Shown here in pieces: positions 51,919 through 63,344 of a DNA stretch of 64,000 nt. The number at the start of each line of letters is the position of its first letter. Positions within the stretch are counted from its first letter, which is position 1. The notes under the pieces are model-generated. The model did no database searches, had not been told where the DNA came from, and was given only the letters and a program-made list of their open reading frames with translations. The position numbers and the translations under genes were made by a program. Source of the DNA: Escherichia coli (GTDB lineage Bacteria; Pseudomonadota; Gammaproteobacteria; Enterobacterales; Enterobacteriaceae); NCBI RefSeq assembly GCF_003334255.1, contig NZ_QOWU01000010.1. One strand, 5' to 3'.

Positions 51919-53172
51919 TCAGGCGTGCAGACGACGATGCAAACGCGTCCCGACCAGCAGAGCAATGACCAGCATCAGAGCAATAAATGCGCCGACGCCG
52001 TTCCAGCCATAGTTATGCCAGAAAACACCACCCAGCGTCCCGGCAATACTCGACCCCAGATAGTAACTGAACAGATACAGCGAGGAGGCCTGGCCTTTAG
52101 CGCGTTTTGCGCGGGGGCCGATCCAGCTGCTGGCTACTGAGTGGGCTGCGAAGAATCCTGCTGAGAAGAGTAACATTCCGGCAAAGATCAGCCACAGCGA
52201 GCTGAATAAGGTCATCAGTAAACCAAACAGCATAACCCCCGTCGAAAACAACATCACTGGACCACGCCCATAGCGGGTGGTCATGGTTCCGGCTTTGGGT
52301 GAGCTCCATGTACCGGTCAAATAAGCCAGCGATAATAAGCCAACCACGGCCTGACTGACATGCCAGGGGGAGAGCATCAACCGATAGCCGATGTAATTAA
52401 ACAGCGTGACGAACGACCCCATCAGAAAAAAGCCTTCTGCGAACAATAACGGTAATCCCCGGTCACGCCAGTGCAGACGAAAGTTGATAAACAACGTCTT
52501 AGGGCGCAGCGAAGTCGGGCGAAAATGGCGTGATTCAGGGAGGATTTTCCAGAACATCAACGCCGAGGCCAGCGCGAAACAACCGATTGCCGCCAGAGCA
52601 ATTCGCCAGTTGAAAAAGTCCGTGAAGACACCGCTAATTAAGCGTCCGCTCATGCCGCCAATTGAGTTGCCGCTGATATACAACCCCATTGAAAAGGCCA
52701 CGAAACTGGGATGGATTTCCTCGCTAAGATAAGTCATGCCAACAGCTGCCACGCCACTTAACGAAAGCCCAATCAAGGCGCGCATAATCAAAATGCCGTG
52801 CCAGCTGGTCATCATTGTCGAAAGTAACGTACAAATGGAGGCCAACAGTAGCGCCGTGACCATCACTGGTTTGCGACCAATGGCATCGGATAGCGGGCCA
52901 GTAAACAGCAAACCAATAGCCAACATCGCCGTGGAAATGGACAGTGAAATACTACTGTTCGCGGGGGTTAAGCCAAACTCCTGCGAAAGCACCGGAAGGA
53001 TAGGCTGCACACAATAGAGAAGTGCAAATGTTGCCAGTCCGGCAGAGAACAGCGCCAGGGTGACGCGCATAAATTGCGGCGTACCGCGTTTAATAAATTG
53101 ATTTGGCTGAGAAATGCTTTGCTTGTCAGTGTCGCTTGCCGGAGCGCCATCAACAGTTGTAGTACGGCTCAC
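51919..53172 (-). CDS. ynfM: YnfM, MFS transporter (417 aa)
   Basis: 417-aa 12-TM MFS ORF; conserved position next to divergent LysR-type ynfL. Confidence 0.9.
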   Translation of the reverse strand: MSRTTTVDGAPASDTDKQSISQPNQFIKRGTPQFMRVTLALFSAGLATFALLYCVQPILPVLSQEFGLTPANSSISLSISTAMLAIGLLFTGPLSDAIGRKPVMVTALLLASICTLLSTMMTSWHGILIMRALIGLSLSGVAAVGMTYLSEEIHPSFVAFSMGLYISGNSIGGMSGRLISGVFTDFFNWRIALAAIGCFALASALMFWKILPESRHFRPTSLRPKTLFINFRLHWRDRGLPLLFAEGFFLMGSFVTLFNYIGYRLMLSPWHVSQAVVGLLSLAYLTGTWSSPKAGTMTTRYGRGPVMLFSTGVMLFGLLMTLFSSLWLIFAGMLLFSAGFFAAHSVASSWIGPRAKRAKGQASSLYLFSYYLGSSIAGTLGGVFWHNYGWNGVGAFIALMLVIALLVGTRLHRRLHA

Positions 53173-53278
53173 TTGAAATCCTTGCTAAATATGCCTGTAG
53201 ATCAGGCTTATACATAGGGTAGGAAAATCGAATTGTTCTGTCTAATATATTAATAATCTCAAATAAGATGTTTTAAAT

Positions 53279-54172
53279 ATGAATATTGAACTTCGTCATC
53301 TGCGTTACTTTGTTGCTGTTGCGGAAGAGCTGCATTTCGGGCGCGCCGCTGCCCGCCTGAATATTTCGCAACCGCCGCTAAGTCAGCAGATTCAGGCGCT
53401 GGAGCAACAAATTGGTGCCCGACTGCTGGCACGAACCAATCGCAGTGTATTGCTGACGGCAGCAGGAAAACAGTTTCTTGCAGATAGTCGGCAAATCCTG
53501 TCTATGGTGGATGACGCTGCCGCTCGCGCTGAAAGGCTGCATCAGGGTGAAGCGGGGGAGTTGCGCATTGGTTTTACTTCGTCGGCTCCTTTTATTCGGG
53601 CGGTGTCCGATACGTTATCGCTGTTTCGCCGTGATTATCCTGATGTCCATTTACAAACCCGCGAAATGAACACTCGCGAGCAAATCGCTCCGCTCATTGA
53701 AGGAACGCTGGATATGGGATTGCTGCGTAACACAGCGTTACCGGAGTCGCTTGAACACGCAGTCATCGTCCATGAACCGCTTATGGCGATGATCCCGCAC
53801 GATCATCCCCTGGCAAATAACCCGAATGTAACGCTGGCTGAACTGGCGAAAGAACCCTTTGTCTTTTTTGATCCGCACGTCGGGACAGGGCTGTATGACG
53901 ATATTCTCGGGCTGATGCGACGTTACCATTTGACGCCCGTCATCACTCAGGAGGTGGGCGAGGCAATGACCATCATCGGTCTGGTTTCCGCCGGTCTGGG
54001 TGTTTCAATTTTGCCTGCGTCATTTAAACGTGTTCAGCTCAACGAAATGCGCTGGGTGCCGATTGCTGAAGAGGATGCGGTTTCTGAAATGTGGTTGGTC
54101 TGGCCGAAACATCATGAACAAAGTCCGGCTGCGCGTAACTTTCGTATTCATCTGCTGAATGCTCTCAGGTGA
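53279..54172 (+). CDS. ynfL: YnfL, LysR-family transcriptional regulator (297 aa)
   Basis: N-terminal LysR HTH (MNIELRHLRYFVAVAEELHFGRAAARLNISQPPLSQQIQALE) plus substrate-binding domain. Confidence 0.92.
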   Translation: MNIELRHLRYFVAVAEELHFGRAAARLNISQPPLSQQIQALEQQIGARLLARTNRSVLLTAAGKQFLADSRQILSMVDDAAARAERLHQGEAGELRIGFTSSAPFIRAVSDTLSLFRRDYPDVHLQTREMNTREQIAPLIEGTLDMGLLRNTALPESLEHAVIVHEPLMAMIPHDHPLANNPNVTLAELAKEPFVFFDPHVGTGLYDDILGLMRRYHLTPVITQEVGEAMTIIGLVSAGLGVSILPASFKRVQLNEMRWVPIAEEDAVSEMWLVWPKHHEQSPAARNFRIHLLNALR

Positions 54173-54306
54173 GGGAAATTTCAGCGAAAAAGCCCGAAAA
54201 ATGTGCTGTTAATCACATGCCTAAGTAAAAATTTGACGACACGTATTGAAGTGCTTCACCATAGCCTACAGATTATTTCGGAGCGCGAAAATATAGGGAG
54301 TATGCG

Positions 54307-55527
54307 GTGGTTGCTGAAAACCAGCCTGGGCACATTGATCAAATAAAGCAGACCAACGCGGGCGCGGTTTATCGCCTGATTGATCAGCTTGGTCCAGTCT
54401 CGCGTATCGATCTTTCCCGTCTGGCGCAACTGGCTCCTGCCAGTATCACTAAAATTGTCCGTGAGATGCTCGAAGCACACCTGGTGCAAGAGCTGGAAAT
54501 CAAAGAAGCGGGGAACCGTGGCCGTCCGGCGGTGGGGCTGGTGGTTGAAACTGAAGCCTGGCACTATCTTTCTCTGCGCATTAGTCGCGGGGAGATTTTC
54601 CTTGCTCTGCGCGATCTGAGCAGCAAACTGGTGGTGGAAGAGTCGCAGGAACTGGCGTTAAAAGATGACTTGCCATTGCTGGATCGTATTATTTTCCATA
54701 TCGATCAGTTTTTTATCCGCCACCAGAAAAAACTTGAGCGTCTAACTTCGATTGCCATAACCTTGCCGGGAATTATTGATACGGAAAATGGTATTGTACA
54801 TCGCATGCCGTTCTACGAGGATGTAAAAGAGATGCCGCTCGGCGAGGCGCTGGAGCAGCATACCGGCGTTCCGGTTTATATTCAGCATGATATCAGCGCA
54901 TGGACGATGGCAGAGGCCTTGTTTGGTGCCTCACGCGGGGCGCGCGATGTGATTCAGGTGGTTATCGATCACAACGTGGGGGCGGGCGTCATTACCGATG
55001 GTCATCTGCTACACGCAGGCAGCAGTAGTCTCGTGGAAATAGGCCACACACAGGTCGACCCGTATGGGAAACGCTGTTATTGCGGGAATCACGGCTGCCT
55101 CGAAACCATCGCCAGCGTGGACAGTATTCTTGAGCTGGCACAGCTGCGTCTTAATCAATCCATGAGCTCGATGTTACATGGACAACCGTTAACCGTGGAC
55201 TCATTGTGTCAGGCGGCATTGCGCGGCGATCTACTGGCAAAAGACATCATTACCGGGGTGGGCGCGCATGTCGGGCGCATTCTTGCCATCATGGTGAATT
55301 TATTTAACCCACAAAAAATACTGATTGGCTCACCGTTAAGTAAAGCGGCAGATATCCTCTTCCCGGTCATCTCAGACAGCATCCGTCAGCAGGCCCTTCC
55401 TGCGTATAGTCAGCACATCAGCGTTGAGAGTACTCAGTTTTCTAACCAGGGCACGATGGCAGGCGCTGCACTGGTAAAAGACGCGATGTATAACGGTTCT
55501 TTGTTGATTCGTCTGTTGCAGGGTTAA
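54307..55527 (+). CDS. mlc: Mlc (DgsA), ROK-family global repressor of PTS genes (406 aa, GTG start)
   Basis: 406-aa ROK-family ORF MVAENQPGHIDQIKQTNAGAVYRLIDQLGPVSRIDLSRLAQ... with zinc motif HTQVDPYGKRCYCGNHGCLE. Confidence 0.93.
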   Translation: MVAENQPGHIDQIKQTNAGAVYRLIDQLGPVSRIDLSRLAQLAPASITKIVREMLEAHLVQELEIKEAGNRGRPAVGLVVETEAWHYLSLRISRGEIFLALRDLSSKLVVEESQELALKDDLPLLDRIIFHIDQFFIRHQKKLERLTSIAITLPGIIDTENGIVHRMPFYEDVKEMPLGEALEQHTGVPVYIQHDISAWTMAEALFGASRGARDVIQVVIDHNVGAGVITDGHLLHAGSSSLVEIGHTQVDPYGKRCYCGNHGCLETIASVDSILELAQLRLNQSMSSMLHGQPLTVDSLCQAALRGDLLAKDIITGVGAHVGRILAIMVNLFNPQKILIGSPLSKAADILFPVISDSIRQQALPAYSQHISVESTQFSNQGTMAGAALVKDAMYNGSLLIRLLQG

Positions 55528-55651
55528 CATTTTTTAACTGTTCTACCAAAATTTGCGCTATCTCAATTTGGGCCAGGAAAGCATAACTTAGACTTTCAAG
55601 GTTAATTATTTTCCTGGTTTATATTTGTGAAGCATAACGGTGGAGTTAGTG

Positions 55652-56347
55652 ATGCTGAAGCGTTTCTTTATTACCGGTACAGACACTTCTGTAGGGAAAA
55701 CGGTGGTTTCCCGCGCATTGCTACAAGCGTTAGCCTCCCAGGGAAAAACGGTTGCGGGATATAAACCCGTAGCGAAGGGGAGCAAAGAGACACCCGAAGG
55801 GCTGCGTAATAAAGATGCCCTGGTGTTGCAGAGTGTTTCAACCATCGAACTGCCTTATGAAGCAGTTAATCCTATCGCGTTAAGCGAAGAAGAAAGTAGC
55901 GTGGCGCACAGTTGCCCAATCAATTACACCCTCATTTCAAACGGCCTGGCAAACCTGACCGAAAAAGTCGATCATGTCGTGGTAGAAGGGACTGGCGGCT
56001 GGCGCAGTCTGATGAATGATTTGCGTCCACTCTCTGAATGGGTAGTGCAGGAACAACTGCCGGTGTTGATGGTTGTCGGTATTCAGGAAGGTTGCATTAA
56101 CCATGCACTGCTAACAGCTCAGGCGATCGCCAACGACGGGCTGCCGCTCATTGGCTGGGTGGCTAACCGAATCAACCCAGGACTGGCGCATTATGCGGAA
56201 ATCATTGATGTGCTGGGTAAAAAACTTCCGGCACCGCTCATTGGTGAACTGCCTTATCTGCCGCGCGCCGAACAGCGTGAACTGGGGCAATACATCCGCT
56301 TAGCTATGCTGCGCAGTGTGCTGGCGGTAGATAGAGTCACGGTGTAA
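55652..56347 (+). CDS. ynfK: YnfK (BioD2), dethiobiotin synthetase paralog (231 aa)
   Basis: Start at internal Met ([20 protein letters not shown]...), P-loop GTDTxVGKT typical of BioD. Confidence 0.9.
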
Positions 56348-57556
56348 CGTCCGCGAAATTACCGACGCAATTACGCAGGCAATCAATAAACCGGGGAGTA
56401 GCTGATACTCCCCGGTCATTTCACATATCATCAACGTCGACATAATCGGCGCGTGCGTGGTCGCCGCCAACAGTGTCGCCATCCCGGTCAATCCGAGTAA
56501 AAGTGTAATTTCTTCGCCATCAGGGAACCATAATCCCAGGCTACGACCATACAACATGCCAATGGCAAGACCGATAAATAGCGTCGGTGTAAAGACCCCA
56601 CCGGGTGCGCCGGAACCGCTACTCGCCAGCACGGCACACAGTTTACAAAGGAAGATCCCGGCAATGATCATTAACAGTGGTGGGGCGGTTAAAAAGGATT
56701 GTACGGTGCTATAGCCGTTGCCCCACACTGCAGGTGTGAACAGGGAAAGCAGACCCACGATCAACCCGCCTAGTGCCAGTTGCCAGGGCGGCGCAAGTTT
56801 GAGACTCACAAATCCACGATGACAGGCGTTCATTAACGTTAACAACAGTGGTCCGCACAGACCTGCCAGCACACCTGTACTGATAATCAGCGCATAGTCA
56901 CGAGCCTGAACCGTCACTGAGAGTTGTACGTTGTAGAGTAACGCGTCGCTATGATTAATCAGATTGCTAACCAGCAATGCCACGACGGCGGAAATAATCA
57001 CCGGGCCGAGAGAGGCCAACATCATAGTGCCAAACAGCACTTCGGCTATAAATAAACTGCCAGCAAGCGGGGCACGATAGGCCGCAGCCATTCCCGCCGC
57101 GGCCCCACAGGCGATCCATAATTTCCACTCCTGGCGTGGCGTAAAACGTTGGGCAAAACAGGAGGCGGCAAGGGCAGCTAAAAGAATCATCGCACCTTCG
57201 CGACCAATTGCACTGCCGCTGGTTACTACCAGCAGAGAGGCAAGCGATTTAACCAGGCTTGCTGCGTAATCGAACTGTCCATCGGTTTGCAACGCTTCCA
57301 TATAATCGGTCGGCGCATGAGGGCGTTGTTGGGTAAATTTCTGCCAGCCCATCAGCAACAAACCCGCCGCCAGTCCGCCGAGCGCCGGAGTTAGCAACCG
57401 TCGCCAGGGGGAAAGGTTTGTCGCTGCATTGACCAGACTGCCGGAGTCATTATTGAGGAACAACCACTCCAGTAGCAGCATCGCATGACGAAACCCGGCA
57501 ACGGCAAAGGCCGCGAGAATACCGACGACTGTTGCGATAAGCAGACGGCGGAACAT
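56300..57556 (-). CDS. clcB: ClcB, ClC-family voltage-gated chloride channel (418 aa)
   Basis: Start at Met 21 of ORF ([26 protein letters not shown]...); ClC motifs GSGIP-like and GxFxP; 3' end overlaps ynfK convergently. Confidence 0.88.
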   Translation of the reverse strand: MFRRLLIATVVGILAAFAVAGFRHAMLLLEWLFLNNDSGSLVNAATNLSPWRRLLTPALGGLAAGLLLMGWQKFTQQRPHAPTDYMEALQTDGQFDYAASLVKSLASLLVVTSGSAIGREGAMILLAALAASCFAQRFTPRQEWKLWIACGAAAGMAAAYRAPLAGSLFIAEVLFGTMMLASLGPVIISAVVALLVSNLINHSDALLYNVQLSVTVQARDYALIISTGVLAGLCGPLLLTLMNACHRGFVSLKLAPPWQLALGGLIVGLLSLFTPAVWGNGYSTVQSFLTAPPLLMIIAGIFLCKLCAVLASSGSGAPGGVFTPTLFIGLAIGMLYGRSLGLWFPDGEEITLLLGLTGMATLLAATTHAPIMSTLMICEMTGEYQLLPGLLIACVIASVISRTLHRDSIYRQHTAQHS

Positions 57557-57750
57557 AGTGCGCAGATCCGGATAGATGTGTAGATGATGCATGAGCAGAA
57601 ATGGGCAATGAAACACGGGCGACTATTTTGCGGCAAAAGAGGCCAGCCGCAAAAGCAGTGCGTGCTTTAAGAGATAAAAAAACGTGACACTGTAACCTAT
57701 TATTGCCGGATTGCGCGTAATCGTCACCATCCGGCAATATTACGGTGATC

Positions 57751-58365
57751 CTATCGAAACAGCGGTTTAACCGCGACAGGAATTAACAGTTGTGATTGCC
57801 ATTGCGCCAGCGTTAAGCGAGCCAGTTCACCCAGTGCACGGTAGAAAGGGTGTTCTGCTTTTTCGATAAAAACATCAAGAAAACGTGTTGACCACGGAAA
57901 AAGGTGCCATGCCAGCAATTCTTCGCATTCTGTCTGGCGACCATTCTCCGCCAACCACGCAGCCATCAACAGCAGTGAACCAAAATGATCTTCCGGTTCG
58001 TTTTGCTTCATTTCAAACTGAATGCCTTTCTCGCGCATCCACTGACGAAGTGCCAATGTTGAATCGCCAAACAGCACAGATTCGCGATCCAGCCAGACCG
58101 ACCCCCACGGCGGAGACGGCAGTGCCCACGGGCCGACAAACAAACGCTGCCAGGCCTGGGCGTGAGTCTCTTCACACTGTGTCTGAAAAGCCGTCACCAG
58201 CGGCGCTAATGACGCTTCTGGTAGAGGCCACTGAGTTTCCCAGCCGTCACTGGTGAGTACCGCAACCAGAGGTGCGGCTTCCGCACTCTCTGGAGCGTAA
58301 TAAAACAGCGCGCCCAACACGCGCGCCGCGACAGAAAAATTATCTTGCTGTGAAAAATGGGTCAT
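57751..58365 (-). CDS. dmsD: DmsD, Tat-proofreading chaperone for DMSO reductase (204 aa)
   Basis: Start at Met 4 of ORF (MTHFSQQDNFSVAARVLGALFYYAPESAE...), TorD/DmsD family. Confidence 0.9.
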   Translation of the reverse strand: MTHFSQQDNFSVAARVLGALFYYAPESAEAAPLVAVLTSDGWETQWPLPEASLAPLVTAFQTQCEETHAQAWQRLFVGPWALPSPPWGSVWLDRESVLFGDSTLALRQWMREKGIQFEMKQNEPEDHFGSLLLMAAWLAENGRQTECEELLAWHLFPWSTRFLDVFIEKAEHPFYRALGELARLTLAQWQSQLLIPVAVKPLFR

Positions 58366-58407
58366 TCCTAACATCCTGAAATGTGCGGGTTGCCCCGCAC
58401 CAATTTG

Positions 58408-59262
58408 TTAACCTGCAATAGCCATTCCTACTGTCATGTGCAGGCCATAAAAGAGCACACGCCCGATCATCTCACCGCCAAGTATGAGGATTAGCCCCAG
58501 AATAAGTCCGGCAACGTGAGGTTCACGGCGACGAATGAGCGGGCAAAGCCAGCATCCAAGACCTGCGCATAACAATACCACACGCCAGACCTGTAAGGAG
58601 GCGTAATCTGGTACCAGTGCGCTGGCTTGTTGCACGGATGAGTGAATAGACGCCAGAGACAAACCTTGCAGCACAATCACCCCGGCACAAGCGATCAGCG
58701 CCAGAACGCTAATGATGGCAAATGGTGTGGTATTAAATGTAACGCGAGCTGCCCGCAGAATTGCGGCAGCAAGTATTGGACCGCTCAACAATACCGTCAG
58801 GAAGAAAGCCAGCGTAGTGTAACCGTTATGCCAGGTTGGCACGGTGTCGATTTGATACACGCAGGTCATCATCCAGACGAAAATGACGCCGAGCGCCATG
58901 CTGAAAAGTAACCAGAGTTTCCCCAACGCTTGCGGCATTTTACCGATGACTGCCACCAGCCACCATAATCCGCCAACGGCAAAAAATATGGAACCGGCAG
59001 CAATCTCGTTACTCAGACCAGAAGCTCCGATTCGATTCAGCGAGTTAAACGCCCGCAGTGGCGATCCCAGGTGCATGACAGAGGCAATAAACCCGACGCC
59101 CATCAACAGCCAGAGGAAAAACATGCCACGGACAATACGCTGACGGTCTGCGTCATTTTTGGCGGCGAACCAGCCAATTCCGCTAACAATCAGCGCGCCT
59201 ACTACGCATTGACCCAATACGGTAAAGATAACCAGTGGCCACTCATGCCATCCATTTCCCAT
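58408..59262 (-). CDS. ynfH: YnfH, DMSO-reductase-type membrane anchor subunit (DmsC paralog), 284 aa
   Basis: Start at Met 81 of ORF (MGNGWHEWPLVIFTVLGQCVVGALIV...) with GGAGG RBS; polytopic membrane protein. Confidence 0.88.
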   Translation of the reverse strand: MGNGWHEWPLVIFTVLGQCVVGALIVSGIGWFAAKNDADRQRIVRGMFFLWLLMGVGFIASVMHLGSPLRAFNSLNRIGASGLSNEIAAGSIFFAVGGLWWLVAVIGKMPQALGKLWLLFSMALGVIFVWMMTCVYQIDTVPTWHNGYTTLAFFLTVLLSGPILAAAILRAARVTFNTTPFAIISVLALIACAGVIVLQGLSLASIHSSVQQASALVPDYASLQVWRVVLLCAGLGCWLCPLIRRREPHVAGLILGLILILGGEMIGRVLFYGLHMTVGMAIAG

Positions 59263-59263
59263 T

Positions 59264-59818
59264 TTACACTTCCTCCGGATTAGCCAGATAACCAGTGGTA
59301 TCGCCGGTCGGGCGGCTGTTGGCGTTAGGTTTGATAACGATATTGGGTTTTGTGAAATGCGCGCGCGGCAGTGGCGCGACGGCAGCAAGAGTGCCGTGCT
59401 TCTGGCGCAGCTCTTCAATTGGACCGAACTCAAGTGCACGCAGCGGGCAGGATTCGACACATATGGGTTGTTTCCCCTCGGCGACGCGCGAATAACAACC
59501 ATCGCACTTCGTCATGTGCCCTTTTTCAGCATTGTACTGTGGCGCGCCGTACGGACAAGCCATGTGGCAGTAGCGGCAGCCGATACAAACATCTTCATCA
59601 ACCACCACAAAGCCATCTTCACGCTTATGCATTGCGCCGCTGGGGCAGACTTTTGTACATGCGGGGTCATCGCAATGGTTACAGGAGATGGAGAGATAAT
59701 AAGCGAACACGTTCTGGTGCCAGACGCCATTATCTTCCTGCCAGTCGCCGCCAGCGTATTCATAAATACGGCGGAAACTGACTTCCGGGCCAAGATCTTT
59801 AAAGTTGTTGCTCACCAC
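59264..59818 (-). pseudogene. ynfG: ynfG 3' portion: 4Fe-4S subunit of DMSO-reductase paralog, N-terminal about 25 codons (first Cys cluster) replaced by prophage-derived sequence
   Basis: ORF reads MVSNNFKDLGPEVSFRRIYEYAGGDWQEDNGVW...; from KDL onward it matches DmsB/YnfG, but the conserved MTTQYGFFIDSSRCTGCKTCELACKDY N-terminus is absent and sequence upstream runs into a phage integrase gene. Confidence 0.7.
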
Positions 59819-59855
59819 TTGAAAGCGTGAGCTTAACTCATTCTAATTCAATTAC

Positions 59856-61019
59856 TTATGCTTTCTTTGCATCCTCAAAAACCTCAGGGTGGGACAAATT
59901 TGGGACATCGTCACCCAATATGTCGTCAATTTTCCTCGCGTGCTCTGTCAAATGATTAGGTGCAAGGTGTGCGTACCTACGCACCATTTCGATAGACTCC
60001 CAGCCGCCCATTTCCTGAAGTACTGACAGTGGTACACCTGACTGAATTAACCAACTGGCCCAGGTATGGCGGAGGTCATGAAAACGGAAATTTTCAATTC
60101 CTGCCCGACGACATGCTGTTAACCACGATGTGTTATAGTCCAGGCGCATCTTTCTGATGCTTGGTGTCATTGTCCCGTCAGGCCTTCTGGCAGCAGTGGT
60201 ATAAACAAACACCCAGCGGTGATGTTTGCCTATTTGATCACGCAACACCTTGCAGGCAGTGTCATTCAGTGCGACCCCAATAGCGCGGTTTGACTTACTG
60301 TCTTCAGGGTTTACCCAGGCAACACGTCGCTGCATATCGATTTGTTGCCACTCCAGATTAATAATGTTTGATCTCCTCAGGCCAGTTGCCAGTGCAAATT
60401 TAACTACAGATTTCAGGGGATCAGAACATGCATCAATGAGTCTCCTGGCTTCTTCTTTTTCCAGCCATCTCACGCGTTTGTTTTTTACGGCAGGTATTTT
60501 GATTACAGGTGCTTTTTCAAGCCATTTCCAGTCTCGCTCTGCGGCGCGCAGAATAGCCTTGATCATTGCCAGGTGTGTTGCTTTTGTTTGCGTGCTCACC
60601 GATTTAGGTATATAGGCTGGTGGTTCTTTCCCTTTTCTTAATGCAGCCTCCACCTGCAACTTCCATCTCTCCTTTGTTTTTCGGTTATACGCTTTGCTGA
60701 TAACTGAGTAGATCATTGCCTCCGATATATCCTTAATCCTTATTCCCTCGAAATGCTCAATCCAGAATGCGATTCTGGATTTATCGGAATCGATGGATTT
60801 CTTGTCGGCTTTTTCCTCAAGCCATCTCAGGCAGGCTTCTTCGAAAGTGACATCTGGCATATCCCCCAGTCTGTCTACTCGCCAGAGTTCTGCTTTTCGC
60901 TTGTCGTGCAACTCCTGAGCTTGCCGCTTGTCCTTTGTGCCAAGAGACTCCTTAATTCGCTTCCCGCCCGGGAGCGAGTACGAGGCGTACCATATTTCAC
61001 CTCTGCGGAAGAGTGACAT
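59856..61019 (-). CDS. int: Lambdoid prophage tyrosine integrase, DLP12 IntD-like (387 aa)
   Basis: [47 protein letters not shown]... closely resembles IntD as remembered; catalytic [10 protein letters not shown]...Y region present. Confidence 0.9.
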   Translation of the reverse strand: MSLFRRGEIWYASYSLPGGKRIKESLGTKDKRQAQELHDKRKAELWRVDRLGDMPDVTFEEACLRWLEEKADKKSIDSDKSRIAFWIEHFEGIRIKDISEAMIYSVISKAYNRKTKERWKLQVEAALRKGKEPPAYIPKSVSTQTKATHLAMIKAILRAAERDWKWLEKAPVIKIPAVKNKRVRWLEKEEARRLIDACSDPLKSVVKFALATGLRRSNIINLEWQQIDMQRRVAWVNPEDSKSNRAIGVALNDTACKVLRDQIGKHHRWVFVYTTAARRPDGTMTPSIRKMRLDYNTSWLTACRRAGIENFRFHDLRHTWASWLIQSGVPLSVLQEMGGWESIEMVRRYAHLAPNHLTEHARKIDDILGDDVPNLSHPEVFEDAKKA

Positions 61020-61246
61020 TTTCTTTCCTCTGTTATGCCATCACCCGCGCTCACCTGGACAGTATGCAGCGGTGAATGAAGTGCTGCAATGCAGGCTTGC
61101 CGGGTTGTGAGATAAGGTGATCTTTTACCGGAAGAATTTTTTCGGGTTGCCTGTAGTCGGCCCGTTCGTATCCAGTTAACAGCTGTTGGCCTTGATATCT
61201 TGAGAAACTTACAGGCCTCTTTGAGGGTGATACTGTGTGAATCCAT
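60875..61246 (-). CDS. xis: Excisionase-like HTH protein (start at internal Met [36 protein letters not shown]); 3' extent uncertain
   Basis: Excisionase-type HTH motif directly upstream of int; the open frame continues 145 nt into int in another frame, so the true stop or a frameshift is uncertain. Confidence 0.5.
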   Translation of the reverse strand: MDSHSITLKEACKFLKISRPTAVNWIRTGRLQATRKNSSGKRSPYLTTRQACIAALHSPLHTVQVSAGDGITEERKCHSSAEVKYGTPRTRSRAGSELRSLLAQRTSGKLRSCTTSEKQNSGE

Positions 61247-61280
61247 ATTTTCGCCATTAAAAACCGCCCGAAGGCGGTTG

Positions 61281-61541
61281 TCAGTTGATTGATATGCGGC
61301 GCATTTTTCGAAGGCTGGCAATATGCTTTTCCTTCTCAATTTCTGCTTTAATCATGTGTAGTTCGTTGTGATCGATTCGCTCAAATTCTGCATTAAATGC
61401 GCTAATTGAAGCGGCTCTGGTTCTCCCATCCAGCCTGCGGAAGATTACCTGCGTCAGAGTGATTTTGCAGACTTCAACCGGATAGTTGTTGGCGTCGACG
61501 AAGGACTGCCCGCGCTGGATCAGAACGAACACAGGTAGCAT
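61281..61541 (-). CDS. Hypothetical prophage protein (86 aa)
   Basis: ORF between exo and xis on the same strand; poor RBS spacing, so the call is weak. Confidence 0.3.
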   Translation of the reverse strand: MLPVFVLIQRGQSFVDANNYPVEVCKITLTQVIFRRLDGRTRAASISAFNAEFERIDHNELHMIKAEIEKEKHIASLRKMRRISIN

Positions 61542-61579
61542 TCCTTAACTGTCATATCATTTGCACCTCGTTGCTACGG

Positions 61580-62260
61580 CTATCGCCATTGCTCCCCAAA
61601 TACAAAACCAATTTCAGCCAGTGCCTCGTCCATTTTTTCGATGAACTCTGGCACCATTTCGTCAAAACCAGCCATGTATTTTTCATCCCGCTCGACCACG
61701 ACATAATGCAGGCCTTCACGCTTCATACGTGGGTCATAGTTGGCAAAGTACCAGGCATCTTTTCGCGTCGCCCACATGCTGAATTGCACCTGGGCCATGT
61801 AAGCTGATTTTATTGCCTCGAAACCACCGAGCCGGAATTTCATGAAATCCCGGGAGGTAAACGGACATTTCAGCTCAAGGCCTTTACCGTCACTGCATAA
61901 ACCATCGGGAGAGCAGGCTGTACGCATACTTTCGTCACGATAGATGATCGGGGATTCAGTAACATTCACGCCGGAAGTAAACTCAAACAGAGCTCTGGCG
62001 TCGTTCTCGTACTGTTTTCCCCATGCCAGGGCTTTGGCGTTAACTTCCGGGGCCACACCCGTGCAGACCTCAGCCAGCAGAGTGTGGAAGTAGGACATTT
62101 TCATGTCAGGCCATTTCTTTCCTGAGCGGGGTTTTGCTATCACGTTGTGAACTTCTGAAGCGGTGATGACGCCGAGCCGTAATTTGTGCCACGCATCATC
62201 CCCCTGTTCGACAGCTCTCACGTCGATCCCTGTACGTTGCAGGATAATGTCCGGTGTCAT
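61580..62260 (-). CDS. exo: Lambda-type exonuclease (Red alpha), 226 aa
   Basis: [68 protein letters not shown]... near-identical to lambda Exo as remembered. Confidence 0.95.
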   Translation of the reverse strand: MTPDIILQRTGIDVRAVEQGDDAWHKLRLGVITASEVHNVIAKPRSGKKWPDMKMSYFHTLLAEVCTGVAPEVNAKALAWGKQYENDARALFEFTSGVNVTESPIIYRDESMRTACSPDGLCSDGKGLELKCPFTSRDFMKFRLGGFEAIKSAYMAQVQFSMWATRKDAWYFANYDPRMKREGLHYVVVERDEKYMAGFDEMVPEFIEKMDEALAEIGFVFGEQWR

Positions 62261-63042
62261 GCTGCTACCTTCTGCTCTGTGACTTTCTGTTTCAGGAATC
62301 CAAGAACCTTCACAGCTTCAGCCTGTGTTAGTTCTGAAGATGTGTAAATGTTGCGGCGAAAAATCTGGGAACAGAGCGGCAACAGGTCGTCATCCCACGT
62401 TTTTTCCATGGAAGTAAGAAGGGCGTTAATTTCCGACATGGTTTCTTCGTTAACCGGGGTGATGTCGCGTTCCGGCTGACGTTCTGTAGTATATGCAGTA
62501 TTTTCGACAATACGCTCGGCTTCATCCTTGTCATAGAGGCCAGCAAATCCGAAGGCCAGGCGAGCACACTGAATCATGGCTTTGTGCCGTAACATCCGTT
62601 TGGGATGCGACTGCCACGGTCCGGTGATTTCTCTGCCTTCGCGGGTTTTGAATGGTGCGCGGCGACATTCATCCATCCACTCGGTAACGCAGATCGGGTG
62701 ATTGCGATCTTTGCGGTAAATCCGGCATGTACAGGACTCATTGTCCTGCTCAAAGTCCATGCCATCAAACTGCTGGTTTTCATTGATAATGCGGGACCAG
62801 CCATCAACGCCAACCACCGGAACGATGCCGTTCTGCTTGTCAGGGAAGGCGTAAATTTCTTTCGTCCAGGGATTAAGGCCGTACTGGTTGGCGACGATCA
62901 ACAATGCGATAAATTGCGCATCGCTGGCATCACCTTTAAATGCCGTCTGGCGAAGAGTGGTGATTAGTTCCTGTGGGTCGACAGAATCCATGCCGACACG
63001 TTCAGCCAGCTTCCCTGCCAGCGTTGCGAGTGCTGTACTCAT
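62257..63042 (-). CDS. bet: Lambda-type Bet (Red beta) single-strand annealing protein, 261 aa
   Basis: [66 protein letters not shown]... matches lambda Bet. Confidence 0.95.
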   Translation of the reverse strand: MSTALATLAGKLAERVGMDSVDPQELITTLRQTAFKGDASDAQFIALLIVANQYGLNPWTKEIYAFPDKQNGIVPVVGVDGWSRIINENQQFDGMDFEQDNESCTCRIYRKDRNHPICVTEWMDECRRAPFKTREGREITGPWQSHPKRMLRHKAMIQCARLAFGFAGLYDKDEAERIVENTAYTTERQPERDITPVNEETMSEINALLTSMEKTWDDDLLPLCSQIFRRNIYTSSELTQAEAVKVLGFLKQKVTEQKVAA

Positions 63043-63047
63043 CCGTT

Positions 63048-63344
63048 TTATACCTCTGAATCAATATTAATTTGGTGACGGGCGATGGTTTCAGCCATGT
63101 AGCGGATGTGTTCTGCCATGCGTTCCTGAAAATCGACATCGTCATCAAATGCACGGGAAATAGCTTTTTTGCTGGCCCCGTGACGTTGCAGATTATCGAT
63201 GCATAGCGATTCAAACAGGTGTTGGGGCAGACCTTTTTCCAGGTCGTCTGCCAGCTCAGCTTCAGTTTCTTCACGGGCAATTTGCTGGTAGTGTCGTGCC
63301 CATGACTGCTCTTCAATGCGATCGGGGATAAGCCAGGCATTCAT
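63048..63344 (-). CDS. gam: Gam, RecBCD inhibitor (98-aa short form)
   Basis: ...[86 protein letters not shown] matches lambda Gam. Confidence 0.92.
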   Translation of the reverse strand: MNAWLIPDRIEEQSWARHYQQIAREETEAELADDLEKGLPQHLFESLCIDNLQRHGASKKAISRAFDDDVDFQERMAEHIRYMAETIARHQINIDSEV

